Shown here in pieces: positions 40,102 through 49,577 of a stretch of 64,000 nt of DNA; within the stretch, counting starts at the first letter, position 1; each line of letters begins with the position of its first letter. Origin of the DNA: an uncultured virus (IMG/VR IMGVR_UViG_3300002461_000499) (lineage: Duplodnaviria; Heunggongvirae; Uroviricota; Caudoviricetes). The notes beneath the pieces are model-generated. The model saw only the letters and a program-made list of their open reading frames with translations. It had not been told where the DNA came from and did not search any database. The DNA is taken from IMG/VR virus record IMGVR_UViG_3300002461_000499; one strand, written 5' to 3'. The position numbers and the translations under genes are program-made.

Positions 40102-40682
40102 TGCCGACCGTAAATTTAACATCTCCGAATCTCGACATTCAGGTCAATGAAGGCGACACGCTGGAATTTTCCGTCGTCGTGAATAGTACGGCCATAACGA
40201 ATTTAACGGGATGGGATTTCGTCTTTATAGCAAAAAGGAAAACCGGGCAAGTAGAGATCGAAACAGCCCTTGGCGAATACATCACGCAAACCGGGCCGCT
40301 TGCATTAAAAGTCAGCATTCCGCCCGAGGAAATCGACGGCATTGTCGGTTATGGAACATATTTGTTCAGGGCAATTAATCCTGACAATGTAAAAAGGGGT
40401 TGGTTTTGTGGCAAATTAACGCTTGGGAATCCTTGTTGTAACAATGAATCAGGCGAGGGCAACGGCATCACCGTCAACATTTCCGACTATGTAATCACGC
40501 TCGATTTTGACGCCGGTATGCCCCCCGATGTCGGCGGATACTTTGCTACTCTTTTTGCAACTCCATACCCAAACGATACAGCCGCCCGGAATGCCGGACT
40601 TGACACTGGCGACCCGTATGTTTTCGCCCTGAATACCGATGTCGGAATCGCGTACACTTTAAAATTTGTACAACCTTTATGA
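40101..40682 (+). CDS. Probable baseplate/fibre adaptor protein (BppU-like)
   Basis: DIQVNEGDTLEF...NLTGW pattern; between fibre genes. Confidence 0.55.
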   Translation: MPTVNLTSPNLDIQVNEGDTLEFSVVVNSTAITNLTGWDFVFIAKRKTGQVEIETALGEYITQTGPLALKVSIPPEEIDGIVGYGTYLFRAINPDNVKRGWFCGKLTLGNPCCNNESGEGNGITVNISDYVITLDFDAGMPPDVGGYFATLFATPYPNDTAARNAGLDTGDPYVFALNTDVGIAYTLKFVQPL

Positions 40683-43600
40683 GAAACTTAATTTTCCTGC
40701 TTTGTTTTTTGCCTTGCATGATGTTCGGGCAAACCGGAACCTGGCCCGTCGCATACGGAAACGGCGCCCCGAGTTACACGCCGAGCGGCGCGGGCACGCA
40801 CATCTATATCGACAGGCTTACGAATGACATTTATACTTATTCGACAACCTGGATTTTAAAAGGCCGGGGCATTGACCAGATCACGGGAACGATTGCCCCG
40901 CTTTATACACCGGGGCCGGGACAATCGCAATTCGCGATAAATAATGCAACCCCGGCGGAATTGTACCGGCACATCGGCGGCGGCGTCTGGCAGTGCATCA
41001 ACTGCATACCTGATCCCGGCGGCGACCTGTCCGGCACGATTGACGACATCACCGTCGAAGCGATTCAAAATATTCGCGTATCGACCGACGATCCCGTATT
41101 AAATGAGGTGATGAAATTCGATGGCACCGAATGGGCGCCCGGTAAGGATAGTGCGGGCGTATCAGACGGGAATAAAGGCGATTTAACAATCTCTTTAAAT
41201 GGTACGGTCTATACTGTAAATCCGGCAGCCATAACCGGGCCGAAAATCTCGCAAGATGGTGCGTTTTTGAATGATGCCTGGCTTTGGAACGGTGACGCGT
41301 GGATACCGTCTACAATCAACAATACCTCAATATCTGCATTTCGATACTGGATGTCGCCTGTCGGGAGCGATGCAAATAGCGGGTTATCTCCCTTGCTTCC
41401 GAAAAAAAATATTTCTTCATTAACAGGGCTTTTAAATTCGCCGAAAAGCGTCGGTTTTAAATCAGGAAGCCTTTGGCGCGAACAGATTTCGGCAGCGTCA
41501 AACAATCTGTCGGTAGGCTCTTATGCACGATCAATTGTGTATCCATACGCTATTTTGGACGGCGCTCAAACAAATAATGCCGGATGGACAAGCGTATCAA
41601 ATTATTTTACGAAATCAATTCCGCACAACATCACCTCATTGGATGGATATAATAATGTGATGGTTATGGAAATTGATACCGCTATGGAGCGGTACGCGCC
41701 ATTTTCGGCAGTTAATTATTTGACATATAAGGTCAACACGTCTTTGGTAAACAGCAATCCGGGGTCTTTTACATATACAAACTCAAATCCTACTATTGTC
41801 GCTATTCGTCCGACCTCTGGGGCGCCCGGATCGAATAAGTACAGGTATGAAGTTGTAATAAGGAATGCGGGTGTTTTGGCATATAGTTACGATAACATCA
41901 ATGTTTCAAACCTTTGGGTTCGTAATGCTGGACAAGGGTACGGGCCTATAAGCGCGGGTGATAACACTACGTTAAACAACGTAATTATTTCCGGCGCTGG
42001 AACACACCACTTTGTAATAAAATCCGGACATATAAATAATGTGTTGTTTGGCAGGGTTAACAAAGACCTTCCAAGTGGAAGTACAGCAGCAACATTTTAT
42101 GAAGTGGCCGGCACCGGCAATGTTTCTTCGATTCGCAATTCTATTTTTTATAAAATCCCGAATGGGTTCATCGCTCACACATCCGGCGGCGGCAATCATC
42201 AAAAAATTGTGATGGATAATTTGTACGCCTTCGGAGACAGCAGTCTATATAGTGGTTATAACTTTTTGGGGGCGGATCAAGTCGATACATTTTTAATCAA
42301 CAGATTATATGTAAATCAGTACGCTGGCGTTGGAAGCCCTTACGGTGCTTATATTGCTATCCGAAATTCCGTTTTTAATAATATTACAGAATTTGTGTTT
42401 CGTTTCGAGCATCCATCATCACCGACACAATTAATCGACCTTGATAATATATTTTGGAAAAGTTACGCTACAAATGCAAATCAAAGCGTACTTAATCATT
42501 TCGCTGGATTGCTATATAAGCCGAATGCAAACGCAACAGTTCGACTTAAAAACAGTACGCTTCATGTAAAAAGCACTTGGACTATTGGGGGCGATAGCAA
42601 TGGCGGGTGGAACTGGGTTTCCAGCGTAACAAATAGTATTGTCATTGCTGAAATTGAAGCGGGACGCGCTGTAAAAAACGGATCGCCTACAATTTCGGAA
42701 AACAATGTATATATTTTACTGAAAGGCGACGGTTTTCATTGGGCTGTGAATCCGGCATTGAACGGAGGAAACCCAAATTGTTTTTCATTGGCTTTATGGA
42801 AATCTATTACGGGGCTTGACCAAAATAGTATTTTCATTGATCTTCGCAATAATCCTTTGGGCTTGCGTGCTGTCTTTTCTGATCCAGACGCCGGTAATTA
42901 TACTTTGCTGCCTGGCGGGCAATATACAGCTCAAATAAATGCTTTAAAGGCCGGGATGTCAACGCCAATTCGTTCCTTTATTGAAACCCCGACAGAAGAG
43001 CAATGCGCTGAATCTGTAATGTCGTCGTCGGTTCCGTTGCTTTTGGACTGGAAGTTGCCGTTCTCGGGTTCAAATTATAACGTTCCGACAAATTATGTCA
43101 AGTGGGCACCACAGGTGCTACACGCAAATCGTATACCTTATGTTACTGCCTTTAATACGATTCAGGACACAACACTGTTAACATATACACCGGGAATAGG
43201 GGTGTTTATGAAGGGAGGGAATAACAGTACAGGGGCGGCACTTGCCGTACAAAATTCAGATGCAGTTCCGCTATTGACGGTAAATAATAATCGCGATGTT
43301 TTAATAGGGGCGCAAAGTAGTACAGCAAATACAACGACTACTGTTCAATTAATTGCAACGGATGGTTCAGATGCGCGAAACTCACCGGGGATTGCCTTGC
43401 ATAGCAACCAAAACGGAAGTGTAAGTCCACCAAATTTAACCTGGCAAACTTATATCAATGGAAATAAAAAAAATATATATCAAATACGCGGGACATTTTC
43501 CTCTGGATTTGTTCAAAGAAGCCCTGAAAATGGCTCTATATGGTTTCAGGGCGCAAGCTTGGATCAAAGCACAGCGGTAACAAACAATGTTACTACATTG

Positions 43601-44122
43601 CCTGAATTATACCCTTATGTTGATTTGCCTCAATTGGCTTATTTCGGCAAAGGTACTATTGTTGTCGGGCGGGATATAGCGTCAAGCAATGACGCACAGG
43701 ACGGGGAAATTCGATCAGGACAGAAAAACAACTCTGTTGTTCCTTATAATTCAGCCGCATCAAATCTGACAATTAAGGCCGGTAGGGGGCTTGGCCCGGT
43801 TGCCTCAAATAAAGGAGAAATATACTTTACGACCCCAGACGGAGCCGCAACCGGAACCGTGCAACCATACACTGTAAAGGGCGCAATAAAACAGGACGGC
43901 TCCGTTTCATTTGGAACTATATCGCCGTCGCCGTCAGCGAAGATGCAGTTGAACAGTGTAACACAAGGTTTTTTGCCGCCACGAATGACGTTATCGCAAC
44001 GTGATGCAATTTCCAGTCCCGCCACTGGATTGATGATTTATTGTACTGATTGTGTTGCGATAGATAGCAGTGTAGGGGTTTCTCAAACTTATAATGGCTC
44101 TGTATGGAAAAGCCATTGGTAA
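40679..44122 (+). CDS. Tail spike/depolymerase-like protein (beta-helix) with signal peptide
   Basis: MRNLIFLLCFLPCMMFG/Q; GSDANSGLSP..P, Asn-rich beta-helix-like core; C-terminal QGFLPPRMT..QRDAI.SPATGLMIY. Confidence 0.7.
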   Translation: MRNLIFLLCFLPCMMFGQTGTWPVAYGNGAPSYTPSGAGTHIYIDRLTNDIYTYSTTWILKGRGIDQITGTIAPLYTPGPGQSQFAINNATPAELYRHIGGGVWQCINCIPDPGGDLSGTIDDITVEAIQNIRVSTDDPVLNEVMKFDGTEWAPGKDSAGVSDGNKGDLTISLNGTVYTVNPAAITGPKISQDGAFLNDAWLWNGDAWIPSTINNTSISAFRYWMSPVGSDANSGLSPLLPKKNISSLTGLLNSPKSVGFKSGSLWREQISAASNNLSVGSYARSIVYPYAILDGAQTNNAGWTSVSNYFTKSIPHNITSLDGYNNVMVMEIDTAMERYAPFSAVNYLTYKVNTSLVNSNPGSFTYTNSNPTIVAIRPTSGAPGSNKYRYEVVIRNAGVLAYSYDNINVSNLWVRNAGQGYGPISAGDNTTLNNVIISGAGTHHFVIKSGHINNVLFGRVNKDLPSGSTAATFYEVAGTGNVSSIRNSIFYKIPNGFIAHTSGGGNHQKIVMDNLYAFGDSSLYSGYNFLGADQVDTFLINRLYVNQYAGVGSPYGAYIAIRNSVFNNITEFVFRFEHPSSPTQLIDLDNIFWKSYATNANQSVLNHFAGLLYKPNANATVRLKNSTLHVKSTWTIGGDSNGGWNWVSSVTNSIVIAEIEAGRAVKNGSPTISENNVYILLKGDGFHWAVNPALNGGNPNCFSLALWKSITGLDQNSIFIDLRNNPLGLRAVFSDPDAGNYTLLPGGQYTAQINALKAGMSTPIRSFIETPTEEQCAESVMSSSVPLLLDWKLPFSGSNYNVPTNYVKWAPQVLHANRIPYVTAFNTIQDTTLLTYTPGIGVFMKGGNNSTGAALAVQNSDAVPLLTVNNNRDVLIGAQSSTANTTTTVQLIATDGSDARNSPGIALHSNQNGSVSPPNLTWQTYINGNKKNIYQIRGTFSSGFVQRSPENGSIWFQGASLDQSTAVTNNVTTLPELYPYVDLPQLAYFGKGTIVVGRDIASSNDAQDGEIRSGQKNNSVVPYNSAASNLTIKAGRGLGPVASNKGEIYFTTPDGAATGTVQPYTVKGAIKQDGSVSFGTISPSPSAKMQLNSVTQGFLPPRMTLSQRDAISSPATGLMIYCTDCVAIDSSVGVSQTYNGSVWKSHW

Positions 44123-44158
44123 GAAAATTCATTCACAACCGAATCAACAACCCGTAAA

Positions 44159-44545
44159 ATGCTTATTGCCTTTTCATTCGTTCTTTTATTCGTGGCCGGC
44201 GCGACCTGGGGCGTTCACGAAAAAATAAGTCATCACTGGTCGAAATTCGCCGCCCGGTTCCCTGGATTGAACCCGCAATTCTGGAACCCGGCAATTTCCT
44301 GGACAAATAAATATCGTGCATGGCCTGACGATAAACGTCGCACCTGGGTTCCCGTTTTCTTTACCGATGCAAAACATTTGCTTGCATCCGGTTCACAGTT
44401 GGCACTTTTCGCGGGCGGTATGCTGTTGAATATCGGGATCGGCGACGGGCGCCCGTTCTGGTATCACTTGCTTTTTTCGGTTCTTGGCTTTGTTTCTTAC
44501 ACGGTCGGCAACTACATATTTTTTAATCTGATTTATCGCCGATAA
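44159..44545 (+). CDS. Membrane protein (possible lysis component)
   Basis: Three hydrophobic segments, FWNPAISWTNKY, FTDAKH. Confidence 0.65.
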   Translation: MLIAFSFVLLFVAGATWGVHEKISHHWSKFAARFPGLNPQFWNPAISWTNKYRAWPDDKRRTWVPVFFTDAKHLLASGSQLALFAGGMLLNIGIGDGRPFWYHLLFSVLGFVSYTVGNYIFFNLIYRR

Positions 44546-44589
44546 ACTGGCACTACATTTGAACCTGTCGAAACAAAGGCTTTACAATT

Positions 44590-44991
44590 ATGGCGTATTG
44601 GAGTATCATTGACACCGGACTTTCACTTCTTAAAAGGATCGTTCCGATTTTTATTATTGACCGGCGCAAGGATCGTTTTTTCGATAAATGTGCCGCGTTG
44701 TTTATGATTGCACAACAAGACGGAACTATCATCGAAGTGAACGACGCGTTCGCCCGTACACTGGGTTACACAAAGGAATCGCTTTCAGGTACGAAGTTTA
44801 TGCGCCTCGTGCATTCTGCCGATCATGCAAAGACGCGTGACGTCATGGAAGAATTATCAATCGGCGCCGTCCTGCAATGGAATTTCCAAAACAGGTATCG
44901 AAAGGCAAACGGCAGTTACGTCATACTGGAATGGCTCGCGTCAAAAAACGGTTATGACGAAATCTATGCGACGGCCCGAATTATCGAATAA
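44590..44991 (+). CDS. Stand-alone PAS domain protein
   Basis: DGTIIEVNDAFARTLGYTKESLSG..FMRLVHSAD...NRYRKANGSYVILEW, canonical PAS/PAC. Confidence 0.85.
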   Translation: MAYWSIIDTGLSLLKRIVPIFIIDRRKDRFFDKCAALFMIAQQDGTIIEVNDAFARTLGYTKESLSGTKFMRLVHSADHAKTRDVMEELSIGAVLQWNFQNRYRKANGSYVILEWLASKNGYDEIYATARIIE

Positions 44992-45029
44992 AGTTCAATC
45001 AGTTTCTTTTCACCATAAATCATGTACAC

Positions 45030-45473
45030 ATGAAAGTCATTCAAATTCCCATCAACTGGGCAGTTCATATCCCGAAATTCCGTGACCGGGGTTTGGGTAT
45101 CGAAAACCTCGTCGCGGTTGCGATTGATTCTGTCAAGGTTGCCCGAGCGATTGCGACGGCACTGAAAGACGGCATCCAACTGTCGGACGCGTTCACGCTG
45201 TTCAATCAGTTTCCCGCGATTCAGCACGTTGCCGAAATCGCGCCGACTGCATTCAGCGAATTGCGCGACCTGACGCCCGAGGAATCGGCCGAGGCCGCAA
45301 AACGCATCGCCGACGGTACCGGTTTGCCGAACGACGCGTCCCTTTGGGGCAAAGTCCGTCAAGCCCTGGCGCTGTCCGCCCGTACTTACAAAGTCGTTGA
45401 CGACGGCCTCGCTGTCGGTCACGAATGGAAAAACCTGTTCGAGACTTCGCCGGAACTGGCGCAAGCCGCGTAA
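45030..45473 (+). CDS. Hypothetical helical protein
   Basis: ORF between PAS gene and endolysin. Confidence 0.7.
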   Translation: MKVIQIPINWAVHIPKFRDRGLGIENLVAVAIDSVKVARAIATALKDGIQLSDAFTLFNQFPAIQHVAEIAPTAFSELRDLTPEESAEAAKRIADGTGLPNDASLWGKVRQALALSARTYKVVDDGLAVGHEWKNLFETSPELAQAA

Positions 45474-45491
45474 AGTAAAACGGTTTGAATT

Positions 45492-45525
45492 GAAGGGCGG
45501 ACAGGCGAAAGTCGGTTCGCCCTTC
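45492..45525 (+). promoter_or_regulatory. Stem-loop with GAAA tetraloop upstream of the endolysin
   Basis: GAAGGGCGGAC-AGGC-GAAA-GTCG-GTTCGCCCTTC. Confidence 0.6.
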
Positions 45526-45539
45526 TTAATTTTACACCT

Positions 45540-46139
45540 ATGTTCGAGAAATTAAACACAACCGCTTTTTTTGACGGATTGCGTACGGCGTTAAATCAGC
45601 CGATCAGCCCGACGCAAATGCGTTCGGTTTACCTGATCCTGAAACAGATCGACAAACACGAGATCACCGACCGCAATCAAGTCGCGTATATCCTTGCTAC
45701 CTGCTGGCACGAATGCCGGTTCAAGTCGATTCGCGAAATCCGGGCGAAGCCTGGAACGCGGGTTTGGCGAATGCAAAATGCCTACTGGTCGAGCGGGTAC
45801 ATGGGCCGGGGATTTTCACAACTTACCTGGCTGAAAAACTATCGAAAGTTTACACCGGTCGTCGGCGTTGACCTCGTCAGGTACCCGGATAAAGCACTGA
45901 TCCCCGAGATCGGCGCCGAAATTCTTGTTTTCGGAATGAAAAACGGATCGTTCACAGCGGCCGGGCTTTATTCAAAAAACGGCCTGGCAAAGTATTTCCC
46001 GCCGGGCGGTACACCTGGCACTGTAAATTGGATCGGGGCACGATCAATCGTGAACGGTAATTTTCAGGCCGACAAAGTTGCGACGGCAGCTGTAAAAATT
46101 TTGACTGTAATTGTTGCGCATGAATTACCGGTGACGTAG
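45540..46139 (+). CDS. Endolysin, glycoside hydrolase family 19
   Basis: QVAYILATCWHE, YMGRGFSQLTWLKNY, ARSIVNG. Confidence 0.88.
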   Translation: MFEKLNTTAFFDGLRTALNQPISPTQMRSVYLILKQIDKHEITDRNQVAYILATCWHECRFKSIREIRAKPGTRVWRMQNAYWSSGYMGRGFSQLTWLKNYRKFTPVVGVDLVRYPDKALIPEIGAEILVFGMKNGSFTAAGLYSKNGLAKYFPPGGTPGTVNWIGARSIVNGNFQADKVATAAVKILTVIVAHELPVT

Positions 46140-46251
46140 ATTTGTCGGGCAAGAAAGGGGTATCCGGCGGCACGATCAGACATAAATTGTTTTAAATGTC
46201 GCCGGAACGTTCAAACTTTAAACTTTTCATGAGATTATATACGGGAAACCG

Positions 46252-46284
46252 GCCCGGTGCAAAAGCGCACCGGGCTTTTTTTTT
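46252..46284 (+). terminator. Intrinsic terminator ending the late operon
   Basis: GCCCGGTGC-AAAAGC-GCACCGGGC followed by a T run. Confidence 0.85.
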
Positions 46285-46324
46285 GGGAAAAATCAACCTC
46301 ACCCATTGTTTATTAAAATAATGA

Positions 46325-46357
46325 CAGTATTTTTGTCCTGTCAAATTGATTAAACAA
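46325..46357 (+). promoter_or_regulatory. Early promoter, copy 1
   Basis: CAG-TATTTTTG-TCCTGTCAAATTGATTAAACAA; TAnnTTTG -7 box; identical to 48821-48853. Confidence 0.75.
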
Positions 46358-46370
46358 CAACGAAAAGAAA

Positions 46371-47318
46371 ATGGCAAACATCTCTATTTCTTCGCTCCAC
46401 ATTTCCGTATTGTCATACGCTGAAAAACTTGAACGTCAAGGATTTACCGTAATTACTTACAAATTTGAATCAGGCAGACACATTCAACTGGGGCCGTCTT
46501 ACATCGAACTCGAAGTTAAAAAGGGCGATACCTTTATCGTGAATGTCAATATCCTTGCAAACGGATACGGTGCAACGTGCAACTATCAAATTTCAACCGC
46601 TGACGGCTGGAAGAAAGCAAAGGCAGAAATTCAAGCAAGGATCGACGAACGGGTCGCTGAACGCGTCGACGACATTCAGGTCACGTCGGAAGATTTTGGC
46701 AAATTGCAAATCGAATCCGGTGATCGTGAAAAACTTTTACAAGGAAAATGGATCGACAACGACAGCGTTGTCGTTGTGACTGATTCGCCCGAGGCTGAAA
46801 CGATTGACAATGTCTTTACCGCAACATTGACCGATATACTGCCGACCGACGTTGCATTCGAGGAATTCACACATTTCAAGTCTGAACAGTTTGAATACCT
46901 TGCAGAAAGGGTAAAATTGATTCAGGCGCAAACGTTCGCGGTCGGCGACGAGGTTCTTTATTCCCCGTCGCATATCAATTTCGAGCCGTCGAATCAAAAT
47001 CAATTCGGCGTCGTGTCGTCAGTATCCGGCGAATATCCGGCACAAAGGGTTTGGGTAAAATTCAACGGCCCGACCGGGGAACTGACGCCCGTCGGTCGAC
47101 TGATTAAAAAGAACACCGTCTTTTTTGAACAGCTGTCGACAGCCGATGCCTTTCATCGTAGTCGCTTTTTCCTGCAATGGCCGGCCGATAACGTCGGCGA
47201 ATCTGTCAGCCTTCGCGGACTTCGCGGGCAAGTGTTTAACGCCGTCCTGGAAGATCATATCAAGCGTGCCGAGAAAGACGGGAACGCTTGCGTCAACTGG
47301 AAAGACCGCTGGTTTTAA
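46371..47318 (+). CDS. Early hypothetical protein
   Basis: 315 aa ORF after promoter. Confidence 0.7.
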   Translation: MANISISSLHISVLSYAEKLERQGFTVITYKFESGRHIQLGPSYIELEVKKGDTFIVNVNILANGYGATCNYQISTADGWKKAKAEIQARIDERVAERVDDIQVTSEDFGKLQIESGDREKLLQGKWIDNDSVVVVTDSPEAETIDNVFTATLTDILPTDVAFEEFTHFKSEQFEYLAERVKLIQAQTFAVGDEVLYSPSHINFEPSNQNQFGVVSSVSGEYPAQRVWVKFNGPTGELTPVGRLIKKNTVFFEQLSTADAFHRSRFFLQWPADNVGESVSLRGLRGQVFNAVLEDHIKRAEKDGNACVNWKDRWF

Positions 47319-47354
47319 TGTCGAACTTTTCATCACTTATCGGAACATAATTTT

Positions 47355-47663
47355 ATGGATTACGCAAAATTATTGCATCAACTTGTCGAACATGCCTGCA
47401 TCGACGGCGATGTTTTGGAAGGTAAAGTTCACATTCTTGATATGTCGGATGAATACCCGAGTTATGAGGGTGAAACAAAATATCGCATTTATCATAAAGA
47501 CGGGTACTGTGTTGACATATCGAAAGAACCCGACAAGGTGAATGACCTGACAGATCAGGTAAAAACCTGGGAATATCATTACACGCAAGAATGGCCGGGG
47601 TTTGATACAATTGATCCCAGTTTTTTTTATAAACTCGTCAAACAAGAACTTTCACGTAAATAA
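47355..47663 (+). CDS. Hypothetical protein
   Basis: ORF in early operon. Confidence 0.6.
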   Translation: MDYAKLLHQLVEHACIDGDVLEGKVHILDMSDEYPSYEGETKYRIYHKDGYCVDISKEPDKVNDLTDQVKTWEYHYTQEWPGFDTIDPSFFYKLVKQELSRK

Positions 47664-47674
47664 ATCACTGTCAA

Positions 47675-47905
47675 ATGGTAAAGATCACAACGACCGTCAA
47701 GTGCCTGGAAGGCACCCCGGTTCACGTCAGCAACTATCGAAGGAAGCCCGCGCAATGGGAAACCGGCGTCGTCATGGATGTCGAAATCAAAGTCCGCAAG
47801 GACGGTACAACGCGCAACACATACCGCGTTCGACTTGATCGGCCGTCGGCCCTGGGCAACCTCGTATTTCTTCACGTCGGCGACGACGCAATCAAAACAA
47901 CATGA
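47675..47905 (+). CDS. Hypothetical protein
   Basis: ORF in early operon. Confidence 0.6.
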   Translation: MVKITTTVKCLEGTPVHVSNYRRKPAQWETGVVMDVEIKVRKDGTTRNTYRVRLDRPSALGNLVFLHVGDDAIKTT

Positions 47906-48399
47906 TACGCTGTCGAAAATGCAATCGAATTTTGAAAAACCCGGCCGCAATTGAAAAGGGAATCGGCCCAGTATGCGAAAAGAAAGTCGGCCTGTCTCGT
48001 AGTGTAAAGCAACAGGAAGGCGATACCGACGTCATCGTTCCGTACGACGGCGGCGACTTCTTTATCGAACGGCTGCCTTGCGCAACACTGAACGGTCACA
48101 CCGGGGAAACTGAAATGTTAAAACACAGTGCAAGCGGGATCAAAACGAACGTTCAGCGTCGTATTTACAAACACAGCCCGACGGGGTATAATTTCGGGTA
48201 CGGCGGTTCTGGCCCTGCTGACTTCGCCCTGAATATCTGCCTTGCCCTTGTTCATGCTGACGACGCATATCAACACTATCAGGACTTTAAATTTAAGTTC
48301 GTAGCAATCGGCAAGGCTGAATCTGATTCGCTTTTGATCGTTCGCGAAGCGGCTGAACAATGGTTCCGGGATCGGGGCGTCAAACTACTTTCGGAATAA
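47902..48399 (+). CDS. DUF6011-like zinc finger fused to DUF6166-like domain
   Basis: CRKCNRILKNPAAIEKGIGPVC; HSPTGYNFGYGGSGPADFAL. Confidence 0.7.
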   Translation: MIRCRKCNRILKNPAAIEKGIGPVCEKKVGLSRSVKQQEGDTDVIVPYDGGDFFIERLPCATLNGHTGETEMLKHSASGIKTNVQRRIYKHSPTGYNFGYGGSGPADFALNICLALVHADDAYQHYQDFKFKFVAIGKAESDSLLIVREAAEQWFRDRGVKLLSE

Positions 48400-48432
48400 T
48401 CTTCAATCACATATCAACGTCAAATTTTAAAC

Positions 48433-48693
48433 ATGAAAGATTTATTTGTAATTTTTCGCACGGACAAAACCGGCAAATCAGGAACCGGCAGCATGGTCGC
48501 CGGACAAACAACCGACAAGACTTTGCCGAGTATCAAGGACATCACGAGGAAAGCGACAGGCCAAGAACCGCAAACGATTCTGAAAGCCGAAACGCACAGG
48601 ACGGTAAACACCGAAGATTTTCAAGTCGATTTCATCAACAAAGACGATTTGAGAGCGGGCGGCATGACGTCCGTTTACGACGTCATTGATTGA
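48433..48693 (+). CDS. Hypothetical protein
   Basis: ORF followed by terminator. Confidence 0.55.
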   Translation: MKDLFVIFRTDKTGKSGTGSMVAGQTTDKTLPSIKDITRKATGQEPQTILKAETHRTVNTEDFQVDFINKDDLRAGGMTSVYDVID

Positions 48694-48715
48694 CAGCGTA
48701 CGACACAACAGATTG

Positions 48716-48750
48716 AAACGTCCGGGGCGAATTGCGCCGGGCGTTTTTTT
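48716..48750 (+). terminator. Intrinsic terminator
   Basis: AAACGTCCGGGGC...GCGCCGGGCGTTT followed by T run. Confidence 0.7.
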
Positions 48751-48820
48751 GTGTCCTTTTTGACCGGACAAAAATACTTTTAAAAAATATTACGACGCCC
48801 ATTGTGGTGTAAAATAAAGC

Positions 48821-48853
48821 CAGTATTTTTGTCCTGTCAAATTGATTAAACAA
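48821..48853 (+). promoter_or_regulatory. Early promoter, copy 2
   Basis: 33 bp identical to 46325-46357. Confidence 0.75.
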
Positions 48854-48866
48854 ACGATTCAAAGAA

Positions 48867-49187
48867 ATGAAAAAGAACGTCCTTGCTTTCACACTTGCCG
48901 CACAAATTCGCCGCCTCGATCCGATCAATACCCGTCGCATGGCCTTAACGCTTGCCTGGAAGATCGTAAACAGTTACACCGACCTTGCATTGCTTCAATT
49001 TACAAAAGTAGACGGTACCGTTTGCCGTCGCGTTGTTTCTGCTGACTGGTCGAAATACGAAGCCCCGAAAGGCACCGGCCGTCCTGTTAAACCGGGTTTG
49101 CACCTGTTCGCCGACATCGCGAAATTCCTTGTTGCAAAACCTTGCATCATTTCAGCATACGAAAATAAATACAGCCTGGCCGCTTAA
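48867..49187 (+). CDS. SH3/WYL_2-like beta-barrel protein
   Basis: AL.LAWK...FTKVDGTVCRR...KGTGR. Confidence 0.55.
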   Translation: MKKNVLAFTLAAQIRRLDPINTRRMALTLAWKIVNSYTDLALLQFTKVDGTVCRRVVSADWSKYEAPKGTGRPVKPGLHLFADIAKFLVAKPCIISAYENKYSLAA

Positions 49188-49253
49188 TCGCGCCGCTGTT
49201 GAACGATCACCGTCCGGGGCGGTACACACGCCCCGGACACAAATAAAAAACGC

Positions 49254-49577
49254 ATGACACAGCCTTTAAAAGAATGGTACGACAGCACTTCCTATTCGCG
49301 CGGGCAAGAACGCGTCCCGACATGCTGGTCGTATGATACCGGCGAATTAACAATCACTGTTTTGAACGGTCACAGGTATTACCCGAATCAATGGATCATG
49401 CACTGTTATCAATTGCATATAGATACGGCAATAATGAAAGCGCCTTTCGATACGCCCCTGAAAGATGTTCAGGAAGCGGCAATCAAATTCGTTCGTCGGC
49501 GCCTGGGTAAAATGCTCGCATCAATGCCATCACTTGAACCTGAAAATTTGAATGAAGATGTCACAAGCAACACTTGA
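49254..49577 (+). CDS. Hypothetical protein
   Basis: ORF in early operon. Confidence 0.6.
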   Translation: MTQPLKEWYDSTSYSRGQERVPTCWSYDTGELTITVLNGHRYYPNQWIMHCYQLHIDTAIMKAPFDTPLKDVQEAAIKFVRRRLGKMLASMPSLEPENLNEDVTSNT

